From the NCBI GenBank assembly GCA_035530655.1, contig DATKUK010000098.1, forward strand, positions 4,652 to 68,651: a DNA stretch of 64,000 nt, given 5' to 3'. The notes under the pieces were generated by a model, which was not told the DNA's origin, did no database searches, and saw only the letters and a program-made list of their open reading frames with translations. The translations under genes and the position numbers were made by a program. The stretch comes from Phycisphaerae bacterium (GTDB taxonomy: Bacteria > Planctomycetota > Phycisphaerae > UBA1845 > DATKUK01). Shown one piece after another: positions 63,163 to 64,000 of this stretch; positions within the stretch are counted from its first letter, which is position 1; each line of letters starts with the position of its first letter.

Positions 63163-64000
63163 CTACGGACACAGCGGCGGCTTGGTCGGCCCGCGATGTC
63201 CTATATTGGCCTTGACCACACTGTAGTCCGCCGTGGTTACACGGCCACTGCCGTTCAGATCCGCACGCACGTCACCCCGCGCGCCCAACGCCGCCTTCAC
63301 GCACGTATAATCCGCCGTGGTCACGCGGCCGCTGTTGTTGCAGTCGCCGACGAGCGTGTACACCTCGAACTGGAACGGTACCATGCACGCCCAATCAGGC
63401 GCCGACTCGACCTGGTACCACGTCAAATCGGGCAACACCCCACTGTTCGGATCGTTCGGATCCGTGTTCTCCCTGCCCTCGAGCGTCGTGCCGTTCGGAT
63501 CGTCCACGTCAATCGAATACACAAAGTTCGCGCTGACGTCCGCGCAGCCGTTGGTCATGTCGGTAATAACCAGCGGGTTGCCCGAATCCGGAAGCGTGAT
63601 CGGACGGTCGAAGGTGCACAGGATGAGGTTGTTCAGCGTCTTGGGCAGCGACCCGTCCGCCGGCGGTTCGCTGGCGAGCAGTGTGACGAGCGGCGTCACC
63701 TCCACCGTCGTGCACACCGGCGCCGACACACAGCCGTTTCCGTCGGTCACCGTCAGGCAGTACTCGCCGGCCACGGCGGGTGAGATCACGGGGCATTGCT
63801 GGTCGGACCAGTAGTCGTCCGGTCCGGTCCAGTAGTAGCTGGCCATTCCGTCAGGCCCGCAAAGTTGCACGTCCTGTCCTTCACAGACCGGACCGTCGTT
63901 CGACGCCGTCGCCGTCGGGTTGGCATTGACCGTTAGTGTGGCCGGATCGCTGGGGGTGGTACCGCAGTCGTCGGTCACGTCGCAGGTGATCTGCGCCCCG
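63163..64000 (-). CDS. Cell-surface protein with Cys-containing Ig-like repeats and a C-terminal dockerin-like module. C-terminal part only; the N-terminus lies beyond the right edge.
   Basis: The frame stays open through position 64000 (...GAQITCDVTDDCGTTPSDPATLTV...). The tail is ...DCNNSGRVTTADYTCVKAALG...DLNGSGRVTTADYSVVKANIGHRGPTKPPLCP*. It shares a ~170-aa C-terminal module with 21946..23577. Confidence 0.75.
   Translation of the reverse strand, partial: GAQITCDVTDDCGTTPSDPATLTVNANPTATASNDGPVCEGQDVQLCGPDGMASYYWTGPDDYWSDQQCPVISPAVAGEYCLTVTDGNGCVSAPVCTTVEVTPLVTLLASEPPADGSLPKTLNNLILCTFDRPITLPDSGNPLVITDMTNGCADVSANFVYSIDVDDPNGTTLEGRENTDPNDPNSGVLPDLTWYQVESAPDWACMVPFQFEVYTLVGDCNNSGRVTTADYTCVKAALGARGDVRADLNGSGRVTTADYSVVKANIGHRGPTKPPLCP

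Noticed and set aside
1-64000. CRISPR arrays, rRNA operons, prophage structural modules
   Set aside because: I saw no regularly spaced direct repeats with unique spacers, no rRNA universal sequence blocks, and no capsid, terminase or integrase genes while reading both strands.

Overview
High-G+C bacterial chromosomal segment (G+C judged by eye, not computed). The content is mostly housekeeping and polysaccharide-degradation genes, with several lower-G+C accessory patches. Dockerin-tailed beta-helix and adhesin proteins, a thrombospondin-type-3 lipoprotein and many glycoside-hydrolase-like genes suggest a Planctomycetota-like glycan degrader; that is inference only. I support about 50 CDS. They include rpsB-tsf-pyrH, lpxB, lysA, a MacB-type ABC pair, an MsbA-like exporter, HtrA, glycerate kinase, a two-component system with a VWA protein, and a c-di-GMP cluster (HD-GYP::PilZ, PilZ-HEAT, STAS). 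There is also one intact IS5-family element and one IS630 remnant. Many long ORFs in the track are antisense shadows typical of high-G+C DNA and were not called. Three things stand out. (1) A stand-alone 1,120-aa ORF fuses TIR, a CHAT caspase-like protease, a STAND P-loop NTPase and TPR repeats (37215..40577), next to an IS630 remnant; it is a candidate single-polypeptide immune system. (2) A roughly 1.07-kb ORF-free stretch (2140..3215, minus strand) is dense in GNRA-capped hairpins and ends in a clean intrinsic terminator; it is a candidate large structured ncRNA that I could not assign to a known family. (3) A near-consensus promoter, a strong RBS, a 21-codon ORF and a terminator-like hairpin sit upstream of a GNAT/kinase/GNAT/DUF3795 cluster. 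There are also mosaic repeats around a threonine aldolase gene in a low-G+C island. No rRNA, tRNA or CRISPR array was seen.
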